Part shown: positions 63,201 to 64,000 of the stretch, piece after piece | How positions within the stretch are numbered: the stretch's first letter is position 1 | Layout: the number at the start of each line of letters is the position of its first letter | DNA from: Mobula hypostoma | Taxonomy: Eukaryota | Length of the DNA: 64,000 nt | Direction of reading: 5' to 3' | NCBI RefSeq assembly: GCF_963921235.1 | Contig: NC_086108.1 | Coordinates: 52,206,001 to 52,270,000, forward strand | Position numbers and translations under genes: made by a program | The notes under the pieces: generated by a model | The model's input: the letters and a program-made list of their open reading frames with translations, nothing else | Database searches by the model: none | What the model was told of the DNA's origin: nothing

Positions 63201-64000
63201 TCTTTCACTGCTCTATTGCTCCGGGTCCCAACCCCCTTGCAAATTAGTTTAAACCGTCCCGAACCATGCTCGCAAACCTACCTGCAAGGATATTGCTCCC
63301 CCTGGAGTTCAAGTGCAATCCATCCAATTTGTACAGGTCCCACCTTCCCCAGAGGAGATCCCAATGATCCAAAAATCTAAAACCCTGCTCCCCGCACCAA
63401 CTCCTCAGCCATGCATTCAACTGCCATCTCCTCCAATTCTTACCATCACTATCACGTAGCACTGGCAGTAATCCTGAGAACGCCACCATTGAGGTCCTGT
63501 TCTTCAGCCTTCTGCCTAGTTCCCGAAACTCACACTTCAGGACCTCATCCTTCTTCCTGCCTACGTCGTTGGTCCCAACATGTAACACAACTTCTGGTTG
63601 CTTTCCCTCTCGTACCAGGATGTTGTGCACCCGGTCAGAGACGTCTCGGACCCTGGCACCCGGGAGGCAACAAACCATGCGAGTGTCCTTCTCATGTCCA
63701 CAAAATCTCCTGTCTGCTCCCCTGACTATAGAGTCTCCAATGACGACAGCTCTTCTCTTCTCCGTCCCACCCTTCTGCACCACTGGGTCAGACTCAGTGC
63801 CGGAGGCCCTGCCACCATGGCTCACACCTGGTTGATTGTCCCTGCCAACAGTATCCAGGACGGTAAACTTATTATTCAGGGGAATGGCTACAGGGATGCT
63901 CTGCACTACCTGTCTGCTCACCTTCGCTTTCCCCCCTCTGACTGTCACCCAACGACCTGCTTCCCACAGTCTAGGTGTGACTACCTCTCTGTAGCTCTCA
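60272..64000 (-). mobile_element. Near full-length young CR1 LINE (ORF1 plus frameshifted ORF2), 5' end beyond the window
   Basis: APE endonuclease YLNARSIRNK..VAITETWL and MGDFNFPNIDW (62560-63103), SDH (62323-62514), RT 60983-62338 with KFADDTK, C-terminus 60330-61082, gaacatagaa tail at 60272. Confidence 0.95.
63244..63948 (-). CDS. CR1 ORF1p C-terminal SGNH/GDSL esterase domain (open to the window edge)
   Basis: Blocks VIGDSIVR, PGAR, HVGTND and DGLHLN are all intact, with stop at 63244 directly upstream of ORF2. Confidence 0.88.
   Translation of the reverse strand: MTVRGGKAKVSRQVVQSIPVAIPLNNKFTVLDTVGRDNQPGVSHGGRASGTESDPVVQKGGTEKRRAVVIGDSIVRGADRRFCGHEKDTRMVCCLPGARVRDVSDRVHNILVREGKQPEVVLHVGTNDVGRKKDEVLKCEFRELGRRLKNRTSMVAFSGLLPVLRDSDGKNWRRWQLNAWLRSWCGEQGFRFLDHWDLLWGRWDLYKLDGLHLNSRGSNILAGRFASMVRDGLN

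Noticed and set aside
63244..63948. Esterase as a host or horizontally acquired gene
   Set aside because: It sits in the ORF1 position of a CR1 element, a known architecture.
1..64000. Prokaryotic-type systems (CRISPR, retrons, DGRs, defence operons) suggested by the many RT ORFs
   Set aside because: All RTs are eukaryotic CR1, Rex1 or gypsy types within spliceosomal introns. There is no repeat-spacer array or operon structure.

Overview
Eukaryotic, AT-rich vertebrate DNA. The CR1/Rex1/Penelope/V-SINE repeat mix suggests a cartilaginous fish, probably a ray or skate (inference only). The window lies inside one large + strand gene of the myomegalin/PDE4DIP family. Eight internal coding exons (1766-29276) chain with GT-AG sites and consistent reading phase, and no homologous next exon is recognisable in the remaining ~35 kb. 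Most of the rest is retroelement: many CR1 LINEs (one near full length with an SGNH-esterase ORF1, cut by the window end), Rex1/Babar LINEs, an L1-like 3' end, Penelope-like elements carrying minimal hammerhead ribozyme motifs (one as a TSD-flanked inverted pair), a decayed Mag-like gypsy provirus inside a multi-layer nest, a Gmr1-like LTR fragment, a solo LTR, V-SINEs and a possible MITE. I found no convincing novel biological system. The best leads are the intronic hammerhead hairpin, the apparent ancestral Olduvai (DUF1220) short exon without its partner, and two phase-compatible candidate alternative exons. All calls were made by eye. Repeat boundaries are approximate unless a TSD is quoted.
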